Source: Octopus sinensis | Lineage: Eukaryota | Length of the DNA: 64,000 nt | Direction of reading: 5' to 3' | Assembly: GCF_006345805.1 (NCBI RefSeq) | Contig: NC_043006.1 | Coordinates: forward strand, 34,038,001-34,102,000 | Shown: in pieces, positions 37,473-48,745 of the stretch | How the letters are laid out: every line of letters begins with the position of its first letter | Position numbering within the stretch: position 1 is the stretch's first letter | The notes under the pieces: model-generated | What the model was told of the DNA's origin: nothing | The model's input: the letters and a program-made list of their open reading frames with translations, nothing else | Database searches by the model: none | Made by a program: the position numbers and the translations under genes

Positions 37473-37769
37473 ATATATATATATATATATATCATCATCA
37501 TCATCATCATCGTTTAACGTCCGCTTTCCGCGCTAGCATGGGTTGGACGGTTCGACCGGGTCTGGGAAGCCAGGGGCCGCTCCAGGCTCCAGTCTGAATC
37601 TGGCAGAGTTTCTACGGCTGGATGCCCTTCCTAACGCCAACCACTCCGTGAGTGGATTGGGTGCTTTTTACGTGCCACCTGCACAGGGGCCGGAGGGTCC
37701 GGCATCGGTCACGATCGTTTCAAGCTTTTAACGTGTCAGCGGCACGGGGCAACGAGGTCCGGGGTACTT

Positions 37770-37830
37770 TGGGGATCGGGGTACTTTGGGGATCCAGGGT
37801 ACTTTGGGGATCCGGGGTACTTAGAATGGG
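37770..37830. repeat. ~19-bp tandem repeat in the LINE 3' UTR
   Basis: ggggtactttggggatcc x3-4. Confidence 0.85.
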
Positions 37831-37849
37831 TAGGGGGTATGTGGAATTG

Positions 37850-40800
37850 CTGCAGAAAGCAGCCCGGGTCTTTTAGTCACAGCATATCTCCAGAGATCTC
37901 GGTCCTTCGCCATTGCCTCAGTGAGGCCCAATGCTCTGAGGTCATGCTTGACTACCTCATCCCATGTCTTCCTGGGTCTACCTCTCCCCCTGATACCTTC
38001 AACTGTTTGGGAGTGGCACTTCTTCACACATCTCTCTTCATCCATCCCGCAGCACATGACCATACCATCGCAAGCGTCGCTCTTGCACACCACATCTGAT
38101 GCTTCTTATATCCAGCATTTCTCTCAGGATGCTTACACTCTGTCTTGCGTGCACACTGACACTACACATCCAGCGGATCATGCTAGCTTCATTTCTTTCA
38201 AGTCTACGCATGTCTTCTGCAGTCACAGCCCATGTTTCATTACCGTGAAGCATGGCAGTTCGCACACATGCATCATACAATCTACCTTTCGCTCTGAGGG
38301 AGAGACCTTTTGTTGCCAGTAGGGGTAGGAGCTTTCTGAATTTGCCCAGGCTATTTGTATTCTAGTGGTGATACTCTCTGTGCATCCACCTCCGCTACTA
38401 ACTTGGTCACCCAGGTAGCGGAAACTATCAACTACTTCTAGTTTCTCTCCCTGGAGTGTGATGGAATCTGTTTTCTGAGTGTCTGTTGTGTCTATTGTCC
38501 CTGTGCATCTGCCGCACATGAAAGCTATCTTATCTGTTAATTTCCCTTTAATGTTGCTGCACCTCTTATGTGTCCATAACTTACATTGGGTGCATCTTAT
38601 GGAGTTTCTACCTGTACCTTTCCTACAGGTTGAGCAGGGCCACCTACCCGAGGGGGTGTGTGCTGAGTACCTCTTGCTGCTTACTAATACTTTGGTCTTT
38701 GCTACATTTATTCTAAGGCCCTTTGATTCCAACCCTTGCTTCCACACCCGAAATTTCTCTTCTAGTTCCGGTAGTGATTCTGCTATGAGAGCTAGGTCAT
38801 CGGCATAGAGGAGCTCCCAGGGGCATCCCGTTTTGAATTCCTCTGTTATTGCCTGAAGGACTATGATGAATAAAAGGGGACTGAGGGCTGAGCCCTGGTG
38901 CACACCTACTTCTACCCGGAATTCTTCACTATATTCGTTGCCAATCCTAACCTTGCTGACAGCCTCTCTGTATAGAGCCTGTACAGCCCTTATTAGCCAT
39001 TCTTCAATCTCCAGTTTCCGCATCGACCACCAGATAAGGGAACGGGAACCCTGTCAAAGGCTTTCTCCAAGTCTACAAAAGCTATGTAGAGGGGTTTATC
39101 TTTAGCTAGGTACTTCTCCTGCAGTTGTCGGACCAGGAATATAGCATCAGTGGTGCTTCTACCTGGTACAAAACCGAACTGCATTTCATCTAAACAAATT
39201 CTCTCCCTAATGAGATTGGTTATGACCTTCTCTGAGACCTTCATCACCTGGTCCAACAGTTTGATACCTCTGTAGTTATTTCTATCTAGAGCATCACCCC
39301 TTACCCTTGTAGCAGTTGACTATGGTGCTGCTGCACCAGTCATTGGGTATGACTCCATTGTGAACTACCTGGTTTACAATGCGGGTGACTATGGCATAGC
39401 CCACATAGCCAGCTGTTTTAAGCATCTCAGCAGTGATTCCTGATAGGCCAGGGGCTTTGCCTGGTTTCATATCCTTAATTGCCTTATCTACAAGGGAGCT
39501 GTCTATTCGGGTAGCTGGTCCCTCTACTGGGTCAACATTGGCAGGCTCTCCTCCTCCCATTCATTCTCCTCATTCAGCAGTCTTTCATAATGGCTTCTCC
39601 AAGCCTCTTTCTTTTTCACTAGTAGTAAAAGCAAGTGCCCCATCATCCATGCGGACACATTTCTCTCCTATAACATCGCTATTTTCTCTGACACACACTG
39701 TCTGGCAATCCGAAATACTTCAGCTCTTTGATCCTCGCACGCTGGACATTGGCAAACTTCTTCTTTTCTGCTACATATTTGGCAATGTATACCTGCCGCC
39801 CAGCCTCCCTTTTGGCTATCTGGTACAGTTCCTGCTGCCCCCATCCTTCCAGGCTTTCCAGGCCCGTCTCTTTTCACAGATGGCTTTATCTACTGCACTA
39901 TTCCACCACCACGTAATTCTAGGTCTGGAAGGGACTTTGCACCAATCCACAGACTTGGTCTGTGGCACTCAGCAAGCTGTCCCGTAGGAATTCCCAGCTA
40001 CCTTCTATGTCTGACGTCTGAAGCTCCTCCTCCCTCTCATCAATTTCTTGATGAGTATGTCCCTAAATTTCTGACCATGCGAAGGGTTCTTTAGCCTCCA
40101 AATCCTTCTTTTCTGGATTGGTTTGTTTCTTGGAGTCCTTCTGGCCTCAAGCTTAAAGTCATTGATGATTAGTTATGCTGAGGGATACATTCTTCACCTG
40201 GGAGGGTCTTTGTATTCAAGAGCAAACCCTGCATCCCGTTGTCTGGTGAGGATGAAGTCTATTTGGCTAGCGGAGTCTCCTGACTGATAAGTTATAAGGT
40301 GGCAGACTGGCTTCTTGAAGTTAGTGTTGCAGATTGAAAGGTTACATGCATCACAGAATTCCAGCAGTCTAGTTCCCTCATCATTTCTGGTGCCAATACC
40401 ATAGCCACCATGTACCCCAGTGAAGATACCCGATTCCCGCCCAACATGCCCATTAAAATCTCCACCTACAAAGATGAGGTCCTTGTTACTAGTCTTTGAA
40501 GTAGCCTGCAGAAGGGTATCATAAAAGTTGTCCTTCTGATCATTGGTAGTCCCGCTTGTGAGGCATAGGCTGAGATAATCATAGCTGTGCCACTCTGTAG
40601 GACCAACCTGAGCTTAAGCACTCTATCACAAACCCTGACAACCTCTATGACCTTATCCACCCATTCCTCCGCAAGGAGAATGCCTACACCCCCCTACACC
40701 TTCCGCGTTACCTTGCCAGTAGAGTTTGTACCTAAGTGCCTTGCCCGTGAGGACCCTAGCCGAAGCATCTCTCCATCTTACCTCTTGTATGCAGCATACA

Positions 40801-41036
40801 TCAACCTGTCTTCTCTCTAGCATCTCTACAATCTCACTAGACTTGCCTGTCAATGTACCAACATTGATAGTGCCAACTCTGAAAACTGGGAAGGAGATGT
40901 GGGGGGGACGGGGGGGATTCGGCGCCTGAGAAGAGGAGGGTTGTTGTGGTGGTGATAGTTTTCGTGGTATTTTTCTTTTGATCTCTCTTCCAAACTGACC
41001 ACGCCGTGGGCAGGAGCTGGTGTTAGCAGTGGACAT
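37850..41036 (-). pseudogene. RTE ORF split over several frames (41036-40653, 40660-40466, 39560-39294, 39256-38993, 39023-38223, 38280-38038, 38093-37821)
   Basis: The ORF-track pieces are colinear segments of one APE-RT protein. Confidence 0.9.
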
Positions 41037-41450
41037 TCGTTATCGTTACTGAGTAACGTAATTAGGTAGAGGAAAGAAATACAGATATTCTAGAGTTGAG
41101 TTGGGGAGGGGGGGTCCAGTTTGAGAAAGGTTTCACCAGTGAAAGAGAGGGAGAGATAGTAGAGGGTGCGGGTAATATAGGGGAGCAACCAGTGGGGAAG
41201 GTTGGGGTAAGGAGGAAACGATGGCAGGAAGGTTGGTGTAGGTTCGTAAGAAATAAAAACATAGGATATTACGAGCGGGAGGGTACTAAAAGGGGATGGT
41301 CGGATTGAGGCAGTGTCAGGAGGAAGCGTAAGATCGGTGGGCAGTTGATGAGCTATGGCGCTAGCAGCTTGTCTTTTCACAGTGAAAGCATATGAGGAGA
41401 AGGGGTAGTGGGGGGAGGAGGAGGGAGTAGGGCGTATCCGGTGTAGATGG

Positions 41451-41587
41451 TGAGAACAGTGTTCACCGGTATTGGTGGTGGGGGTGAGAACAGTGTTCAC
41501 CGGTATTGGTGGTGGGGGTGAGAACAGTGTTCATCGGTATTGGTGGTGGGGGTGAGAACAGTGTTCATCGGTATTGGTGGTGGGGGT
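41451..41587. repeat. 34-bp tandem repeat x4 in the LINE 5' UTR
   Basis: tgagaacagtgttca(c/t)cggtattggtggtggggg starting at 41451, 41485, 41519, 41553. Confidence 0.9.
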
Positions 41588-41602
41588 GGGGGGGCGGGCG
41601 CA

Positions 41603-42063
41603 CCGCCGATGGCAGAAAGATGGGGAAAGATGGGATTGAGGCTTGAGGTAGCCTAAGGTTAAATTTCGTAGAGAGAGAGATAGGAAAGATAAATCAAGTT
41701 ATGGCGAAGGCTTGAAAGTAGCCTAAAAGGTTAAATTTTCGTAGTGAGAGAGATGGGTAAGACGAATCAAGTTATCAATGTATGAATAAACGTAGTAACA
41801 ACGAATGAATGTATGTCGCGCTATGTATGGAAAATAAAAAAAAATAGTAAGATAAATTTTTAAAAACTTGCTGTGGGCATCGACCGGGAGTTGAAATTGA
41901 AGAAGAAAGTAAGTTGAATTGGGAATTTAAATGTAGAATCGTAATGGTAATGGCGATTTTCAAGTTTTACATAAGAAGAAGAAGAGGAGGAAAACCGCCG
42001 ATGGCGGAAAGATGGGGAAAGATGGGATTAAGGCTTGAGGTAGCCTAAGGTTAAATTTCGTAG
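41603..42063. repeat. 69-bp direct repeats at the LINE 5' end (41603-41671 and 41995-42063)
   Basis: ccgccgatggc(a/g)gaaagatggggaaagatgggatt(g/a)aggcttgaggtagcctaaggttaaatttcgtag, 2 mismatches; partial third copy near 41710. Confidence 0.9.
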
Positions 42064-42260
42064 ATATATATATATATATATATTATATATTATATATTGA
42101 ACTCCCAATACTTTTTTGTTGAATATTTTCTTAAAATACTTTCTTGTAAACTGTTTTTTTACATTTTTCTTATTATTATCAAAGAATGTATATATGTGTT
42201 TTAATACTTTGTGACAACCAGTACTTAACACAACAAAGCTCATACAAAGCTTTACATTTT

Positions 42261-42304
42261 ACTTTTGACAATCTTTTTCTAAAAAAAGTGAAACCGGTCA
42301 AGTG
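42261..42304 (+). ncRNA. Degenerate minimal hammerhead-like motif
   Basis: actt-ttgacaa-t-cttttt-ctaa-aaaaag-t-GAAAC-cg-GTC-aagt; helix I actt/aagt, palindromic ACCGGT helix III, two core changes. Confidence 0.45.
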
Positions 42305-42386
42305 AATAAACATCTTTTAAATTGCATTTTCAAATCTTCTTTCATATATATTTCCACTCGTGTGATATCTTACAACTCTAATTTGT

Positions 42387-42419
<33 letters not shown>

Positions 42420-42526
42420 TGATCAACCAGACTATCAGATGTTGTTATACATCACTTGTTATTATGTACTTTGCATCATTTTAGCTTTTGAATGATACCA
42501 CCCTGCTGGCTAGGCAAGCAGATCAC

Positions 42527-42560
<34 letters not shown>

Positions 42561-42699
42561 TATTTATTTCTCTTTTTCCTCTTTCACTTATTCCCCATCT
42601 TTCTCTGTTTTCCACCTCACTCTTAAATGTTTCTTATGCAGACGACCCTAACAGCAGATCAACAGATAAATCACGGAACCTCAGCCAAAATTCTACAAA

Positions 42700-42906
42700 A
42701 ATAAATAATCCCTTCCACTGTAGGCACAAGGGCTGACATTTTGGAGGAGTAGGCTTAGTTGATTAGATTGACCCCAGCGCTTGGCTAGCATTTATTTTGT
42801 TGACCCTGAATGGATGAAAGGCAAATTCAAACTTGGTAGAATTTGCTCTCAGAATGTAAAACTGGAAGAAATGCTACTAAACATGCTAACAATTCTGCTG
42901 GCTCAC
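42700..42906 (-). mobile_element. SINE family B
   Basis: ggatgaaaggcaaa..ctcagaatgtaa..aattctgctggctcacc. Confidence 0.75.
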
Positions 42907-42969
42907 CACCATAATAATAATGATAATAATAATAATAATGATAGTATTAGTAGTACACAAATAATAATA

Positions 42970-43230
42970 CACGGGCATATGGTGTAGTGGTTAAGAGTGC
43001 GGGCTACTAACCTCAAGATTTCAAGTTCGATTCCAGGCAGTGACCTTAATAATAATAATAATAATAATATAAAAAAAATACCTTAGAAATGAGAACCCAG
43101 GTTCAAAATTTCCCGAAGACACCTGATGAAGGCTGGAAGGTATATCAGCCGAAATGTGTTAACAACAAACAAGACGAGGACAAATATCCGTCAAATGTAA
43201 AATTATGTAAATAATGTAAATAATGTACAA
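42970..43230 (+). mobile_element. SINE family D, full length (tRNA head + AAT linker + HHR tail)
   Basis: A box tggtgtagtgg, B box gttcgattcc, HHR motif 43118-43160 with a 3-nt deletion in helix III. Confidence 0.9.
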
Positions 43231-43271
43231 ATAATAATGTTATGTTGATAATGATGTTTGTTGCCGGTATT

Positions 43272-43430
43272 ACTGTTTAGCCACAGTTCAGCCCTGATAT
43301 ATTCAAGCAAACTTAGAACCAATGGCTATTTCAGTTATGATCACACTGTTCTTGACTGATGTCTAGTTTGAGGTTGACTTGTCTGCTATTTCTAACCAGT
43401 CAAGCAACCAAATAGAGGGTCCCCACATTG
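43272..43430 (-). mobile_element. SINE-like family F, degenerate
   Basis: tgtttagcc..cagccctgat..ctgctatttcta. Confidence 0.5.
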
Positions 43431-43597
43431 GCTTGTTGTTTTTGTTGGTATTTAGTCTCTGGTAAGTCTTATCAAGCTGATAGACCGATGGTCAAAAGAT
43501 TTTTAAGTGTGTGTGTGTGTGTGTGTGTGTGTTTCCTTGTCTTCAAATTGCATGTTAGTTGCAAATGAGGGTGAGTGTCATATAAATACTGTAATTC

Positions 43598-43722
43598 ATC
43601 ATCATCATCACTTAACGCCCGTTTTCCATGTTGGCATGGGTTGGATAGTTTGATAGAAGCCATCATGGTTCCATAGCCTGTTTTGTCATAATTTCTACAG
43701 TTGGATGCCCTTCCTAATGCCA
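43598..43722 (-). mobile_element. Family C copy
   Basis: (cat)n cacttaacgccc..ggatgcccttcctaatgccaa. Confidence 0.7.
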
Positions 43723-43769
43723 AATTCATTTCTAATAATCTGTGTAAATATGTCTGACCATGGGAAAAT

Positions 43770-44215
43770 AAACAACATACTTAGCATCCTCCTCTTTGGC
43801 TCCAAATGTTGGAAAACAACCGAAAGTATTGAAAAGAAATTGGAGGTGTTTCAAAATAAATGTTTACAAAAAATTTTGAAGATCTACTGGCCGAATATGA
43901 TCTCGAATAGCCAACTACATATTAAGGCTAACGTGAAACCAATAAGAGAAACTATTGAAACAAGGAGATGGAAATGGCTGGGTTAAGTTTGTCATTATAA
44001 ACCAAACTCGGTTGTCAGGATTGCTTCGCAATGGGTCCCACAAGGTAAAAGAAAATGTGGTCGACCAAAGGAAATGTAGTGGAGAACAATAACAAAAGAT
44101 CTTAAAAGCAGAGGGTTAACAATGGGACAAGCTGTCTAGAATGCGTTTGGTGTTAGAAGGTGGAATGATCTTGGTGTCACCTCGAGTGCCACAAGGCACA
44201 ATGAGAACTGAACGA
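43770..44215 (+). pseudogene. RTE-clade LINE 3' fragment
   Basis: SILLFGSKCW..KKLEVFQNKCLQKIL.IYWPN.ISN..RRWKWLG..W.PQGKRK.GRPK. Confidence 0.85.
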
Positions 44216-44553
44216 ATGGGAAAATAATACTTTGATTGGAAACAGGCATCGATTGGTGACAGGAAGGGCATCCAGCTGTATGGAATCTGCCCCTATAAAA
44301 TCTGTTTAATCTATGCAGAGAGAACATTAATACAATGATGATGATGAATTTTTGTGGAACTTGGAGCAGATTAGGGAATGTGCACTTCCCTTTTTTTTAA
44401 GTTAGCGGAATGTGATTTGAGGAAGATTTACCTGCCTTTTCTAGCAGATCAAGTGTGTGTCGATGTTTCCTTGTTGAATTTCTTGTTTTGTTATCATTTA
44501 GTCACAAAACTGTGGCCATCTCATCTTTTTAGGGAAGTATCTAGGACCATGTA

Positions 44554-44735
44554 AGGCGGTGAGCTGGCAGAACTGTTAGCATACTGTGCAAATGGTTAGC
44601 GGTATTTCATCTAGCTTTATGTTCTGAGTTCAAATTCTGCTGAGGTTATCTTTGCCTTTCATCCTTTTGGGAGTCAATAAAATAAGTACCAGTTATGCAC
44701 TGAGGTCAATGTTATATACTTAGTCTCCCCCAAAA
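44554..44735 (+). mobile_element. SINE family B
   Basis: ggcggtgagctggcagaa..tttgcctttcatcc..aataagtaccagtt. Confidence 0.85.
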
Positions 44736-45258
44736 TGTATCCTTTCTTGATTTGAGGGATATTTGACTACTATTTCTAGCAGGTCGAGTCACTGCATAAC
44801 AGCTCTTTTGTTGGCACAGCATTATTGTTAGTAGTGGTGGTCATGTGGGAGGGAGGAAGGGGGAAATCGGTTGAGTGCATTAGTGCATGGGGTTAGGTGG
44901 GGAGTCCAAAATCTCGTTCCTTACAGTAAGATGTGATTTGAGGGAGATCTAGGTTAATATTTCTAAAAGGTCATGCAAGCATATAGAAATCCTTCTTTGG
45001 TTGGTTGTTAGGACCTGGATGTGCCTGTAATGCATCGTCCTACCCCCCCTCCTTTCCAAAAGGCAGGAGATGGAAAAAATATCATCCATTGTGTGTTGAC
45101 ATTTACTGATACTAAGTGGTTGTGAGTGCCTTATCTCTTGAATGAATTTTACAGGATTAACGGAGGTGACAAACTACACCATACATATCTGTGTATGTAT
45201 ATGTGTGTGTGTGTGTATATAATATATATATATACACACACATACACACACGTAGGGG

Positions 45259-45310
<52 letters not shown>

Positions 45311-45404
45311 GTACATATGCTAAAAGTACTTATTACTTGAGAATGAGCAGAATATAAATTATTTATGTAAGTTTGTGTCAATGTTCCTTGGGACATTGAC
45401 ATAA

Positions 45405-45435
<31 letters not shown>

Positions 45436-45606
45436 ATGTTTATATAAATACTCCAACCTATACCAGCATGGAAAATGGGCATTAGATGATGATGATTATG
45501 ATATATGCATACATAAATGTATGTACACATCCTTTGGGCTTTTAGAGTTTAACAAATGAGACAAGGAATATTCAGTGCATGCATACAGTGAGTGCATGTA
45601 CATGTG

Positions 45607-45651
<45 letters not shown>

Positions 45652-46177
45652 ATATATATATTATATAAAACATATCGTCCCAACTCATGCCAGCATGGGA
45701 AAGCGGATGTTATATATATAGAGGAGAGAGTGAGAGAATATATATATTTGTTTAAAGTTAATGATTCACTCCATTGCTACCTAGACAGATTTGTGTGTGT
45801 GTGCGTGCGTGTTTTGAGGTTTCCCTGTTGGCACACATTTTCATTCCAGTTAATGACTTCAGCCTTCATTCTATGTTGGATGATTCTCAACTGAACACTG
45901 TCTGCTTGTTAAAGGTTTTTGACATTTTCACATCACACCAAGCGTAACACATAGTTCTGTGCTTTCTCAGATACAAAACTTACCAACCACAGATGAATCT
46001 ATGAAGACTTATCTTTCATCAGTAATAAATTCTGACGAGGCAAATTATTCACATTTGCCATTTTTGGTGGAATCAGCAATTTGTAGTAAAAAAAAAAAAG
46101 GCCTGCAAAATTCTTTCTTGTCGTGTGCTATTTTGGGGGCTTTTTGCCCCAGGGTCATTAAAGAGTTTATACTATTT

Positions 46178-46335
46178 TTTTATCTTGTTTCAATCATTGG
46201 AGTGACCATGTTGGGGCACTACCTTGAAGGAAAACCTGAGCATTTATTTGTGAATCTGGTACTTTTTAGTCTGTTGGTCTCTTTTACTGAACTGCTGTTA
46301 TGGGGATGTAAACAAACCAACATGCTCAGTTCACA
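46178..46335 (-). mobile_element. SINE family A 3' module, degenerate
   Basis: cttgtttcaatcattgg..ccatgttggggcac. Confidence 0.6.
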
Positions 46336-46769
46336 TGTTTATCTCATTGTGGCAGCATCCCTGTTGTGTTTTCCCCAGTGTTTTTTTTAGTTTTGTATGT
46401 TTTTTTAACTATTTTATAATAATTGTGTTAGCCATGGGTCCTAAGAAGGTTAGTGCAAAGGACAGTGCTGAGACAAAGTAAAAGCTGATACAATAGAATT
46501 GAAGAAGAAAATCATTGATAAACATGAGAGAGGGTTCTGTAAATTTTTTTAATAGGCACACCTTAAGAGTTTCTTTTTGCTGTGCATCTTGTGTAAAAAG
46601 ACATTAGTAGGTTGGCCTACACTTGAGACAGAGGCAGGAGTTTCATGTAAAGGTAACACCACATATCCCCTTATCAGCTGTTGTAACACAGATACAGTCA
46701 TATATGAGGCACAGTTAAAATCAAAAGGCCCAAATGATGTGAGAGCAACAGATAGTCACTTTGGAATTA

Positions 46770-47550
46770 TCATCATCATCATCGTTTAGCGTCCGTTTTC
46801 CATGCTAGCATGGGTTGGACGGTTTAACTGGGGTCTGTGAAGCCGGAAGGCTTCATCAGGCCCAGTCAGATTTGGCAGTGTTTCTACGGCTGGATGCCCT
46901 TCCTAACGCAACCACTCCATGAGTGTAGTGGGTGCTTTTTAATACGGGTGCCACCTGCACAGGTGCCAAGACAGAGCTGGCAAATGGCCACAACGGATGG
47001 TGTTTTTACGTGCCAACGGCACAGGGGCCAGGCGAGGCGGCAACGGACAAACGATCGGATGGTTCGCTTAACCACAGCTGCATTTCCACTGATTTGATCG
47101 GCCTCAATTTTGGTTCTGTTTTCTGATATCTGCTTGGTTTGGTTTGGTTTTGACTGTTCTCACTGGTCTTGCCGGGTCTTCTCACGCACAGCATACTTCC
47201 ATAGGTCTTGGTCTCTAGTCATTCCTTGGTGAGACCTAAAGTTCGAAGGTCGTTCTTCACCACCTCGTCCCTGGTTTTCCTGGTCTACCTCTTCCACAGG
47301 TTCCCTCAACTGCTAGAGTGTGGCATTTTTGCACACAACTATCTTCACCCATTCTTGTCACATGCCCATACCAGCGCAGACGTCTCTCTTGCACACCACA
47401 ACTGATGCTTCTTAGGTCTAACTTTTCTCTCAAGGTACTTACACTCTGTCGATTATGAACACTGACATTACACATCCATCGGAGCATACTGGCTTCATTT
47501 CTTGTGAGCTTACGCATATCCTCAGCAGTCACAGCCCATGTTTCACTACC
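46770..47550 (-). mobile_element. 5'-truncated RTE LINE with a family-C-type 3' UTR
   Basis: GSETWAVTAEDMRKL.RNEASMLRW..QERRLRWYGHV..GRGRP; same clade as 37492-42064. Confidence 0.88.
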
Positions 47551-47560
47551 AGATTCAATC

Positions 47561-47819
47561 AGATTCAATAATCACGAGTCCTCTTTCAATATCCCAGAGA
47601 AACAAAATGACACAGCCCTGGCCAGACACATATGGTCATTAAAGCATAGCACAATGGAGTACAACATAAAGTGGGAAATCTTGGAAAAGTGCAAGGCTTG
47701 TTTTAGTAGCAGCAGAAAGTACAGGTTATGTTTAGCTGAGAAGAGAGATCTATATATAAAAAAATTCTCTATACCTTAATTGTAAAAGGGAGATTTTTAG
47801 GCCTTGCCCGCATGAAAAG
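47561..47819 (+). pseudogene. Penelope-like element GIY-YIG endonuclease C-terminal fragment
   Basis: RFNNHESSF..NDTALARHIWSLK..YNIKWEILEK..C..RLCLAEK, then LNCKREIFRPCPH in another frame; typical of the PLE C-terminus. Confidence 0.75.
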
Positions 47820-48525
47820 GGGTCTATTTTACCTACAGGCCCCATCATGACTATCACCAATTCTTCACATTTGACTCTTTCACCACCAAATTCTGAGGAC
47901 CAGCAAAAGAGTATGACAAAAACATACACAAACACACAGATGCAAACACATAGATATATATGTGCCCTAACATCAGCTTAAATATTCAGGCTAGCAACCC
48001 CATCCTCACCAAGAAATCCCTACATATATAATAGCCCTACACACATGCCAACCCTTCACAAATACTTACCCTAAATCTCTTCAAACATTTTCATAAAACA
48101 CTTTTAGATTTACATTTCCGAGACCTTTGGGGCTAAGGGATATAACTCTTATTTAAACCCTTATTCAGTTCATTTTGTCTTTTTTCACTGCACCCAAAAA
48201 CCAAATGTTGTTTTCCACCTCCAATAAAGGAGAGCAATTACCATATTTTTCCATATCAGCTGGCTCTGATGAGCACATGATATTATATAATCGTGTTATC
48301 TAACATCTGGTTTTAATATTTAGTGCAAAACCAGTGAGATTGACCATAATAGATATATATTACTGTACATTTTGATCAAGATATATAAATATGTGAGTGT
48401 GATATATCCCATTATGTATTTCTGTGATGATATAGTGCATAATTTGTTGCCCCATGATTAATAAAGGAAAACAACAACATAAGGATATTTATTGTTATCA
48501 TTATTATTATTATCATTATTATTAT

Positions 48526-48745
48526 TTAGGCAGTGAGCTGGCAGAATTGTTAGCATGCCAGGCGAAATGCTTAGTGGTATTTCATCTGTTGCTACATTGT
48601 GAGTTCAAACACTGCTGAGGTCAACTTTGCCTTTCATCTTTTTGGGGGCCGATAATTTAAGTACCAGGTGGGGAGGGGGTCAATGTGATTGACTGTCTCC
48701 CTCTCCACAAAAATCCAGGCCTTGTACCTATTGTAGAAAGTATTA
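48526..48745 (+). mobile_element. SINE family B
   Basis: ggcagtgagctggcagaa..gaggtcaactttgcctttcatc. Confidence 0.85.

Larger units (their letters stand above)
37492..42064 (-). mobile_element. Full-length RTE-clade LINE (APE endonuclease + RT), frameshifted
   Basis: ~1-kb 5' UTR; RVGTINVGTL..CCIQEVRW (APE); KAPG, QFGFVPGRSTTDAIF, FVDLEKAFD, GVHQGSALSPLLF, YADD (RT); GRGRPRKTW C-terminus; 3' UTR ending (GAT)n; (TA)n on both flanks. Confidence 0.92.

Noticed and set aside
41451-41587. CRISPR-like regular repeats
   Set aside because: The 34-bp units are contiguous with no spacers, in a eukaryotic LINE UTR.
42970-43045. Possible tRNA gene
   Set aside because: There is no acceptor-stem closure, and it continues into a repeat body; it is a SINE head. 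The same applies to the A and B heads.
46000-46060. Back-to-back CTGATGA (minus) and CTGACGA (plus), each followed by a hairpin
   Set aside because: Neither is followed by GAAA or a helix III/NUH site. It might be a truncated relic, but is unsupported.
46840-46862. Minus-strand CTGATGA-agcc-ttcc-ggct
   Set aside because: It lies inside family C, where other copies read ggctgcaccagg, and there is no GAAA.
48262-48300. CTGATGA-gcac..gtgt, and similar partial cores at 53962 and 51110
   Set aside because: The second half of the core is missing; a 7-mer is expected by chance several times in 64 kb.
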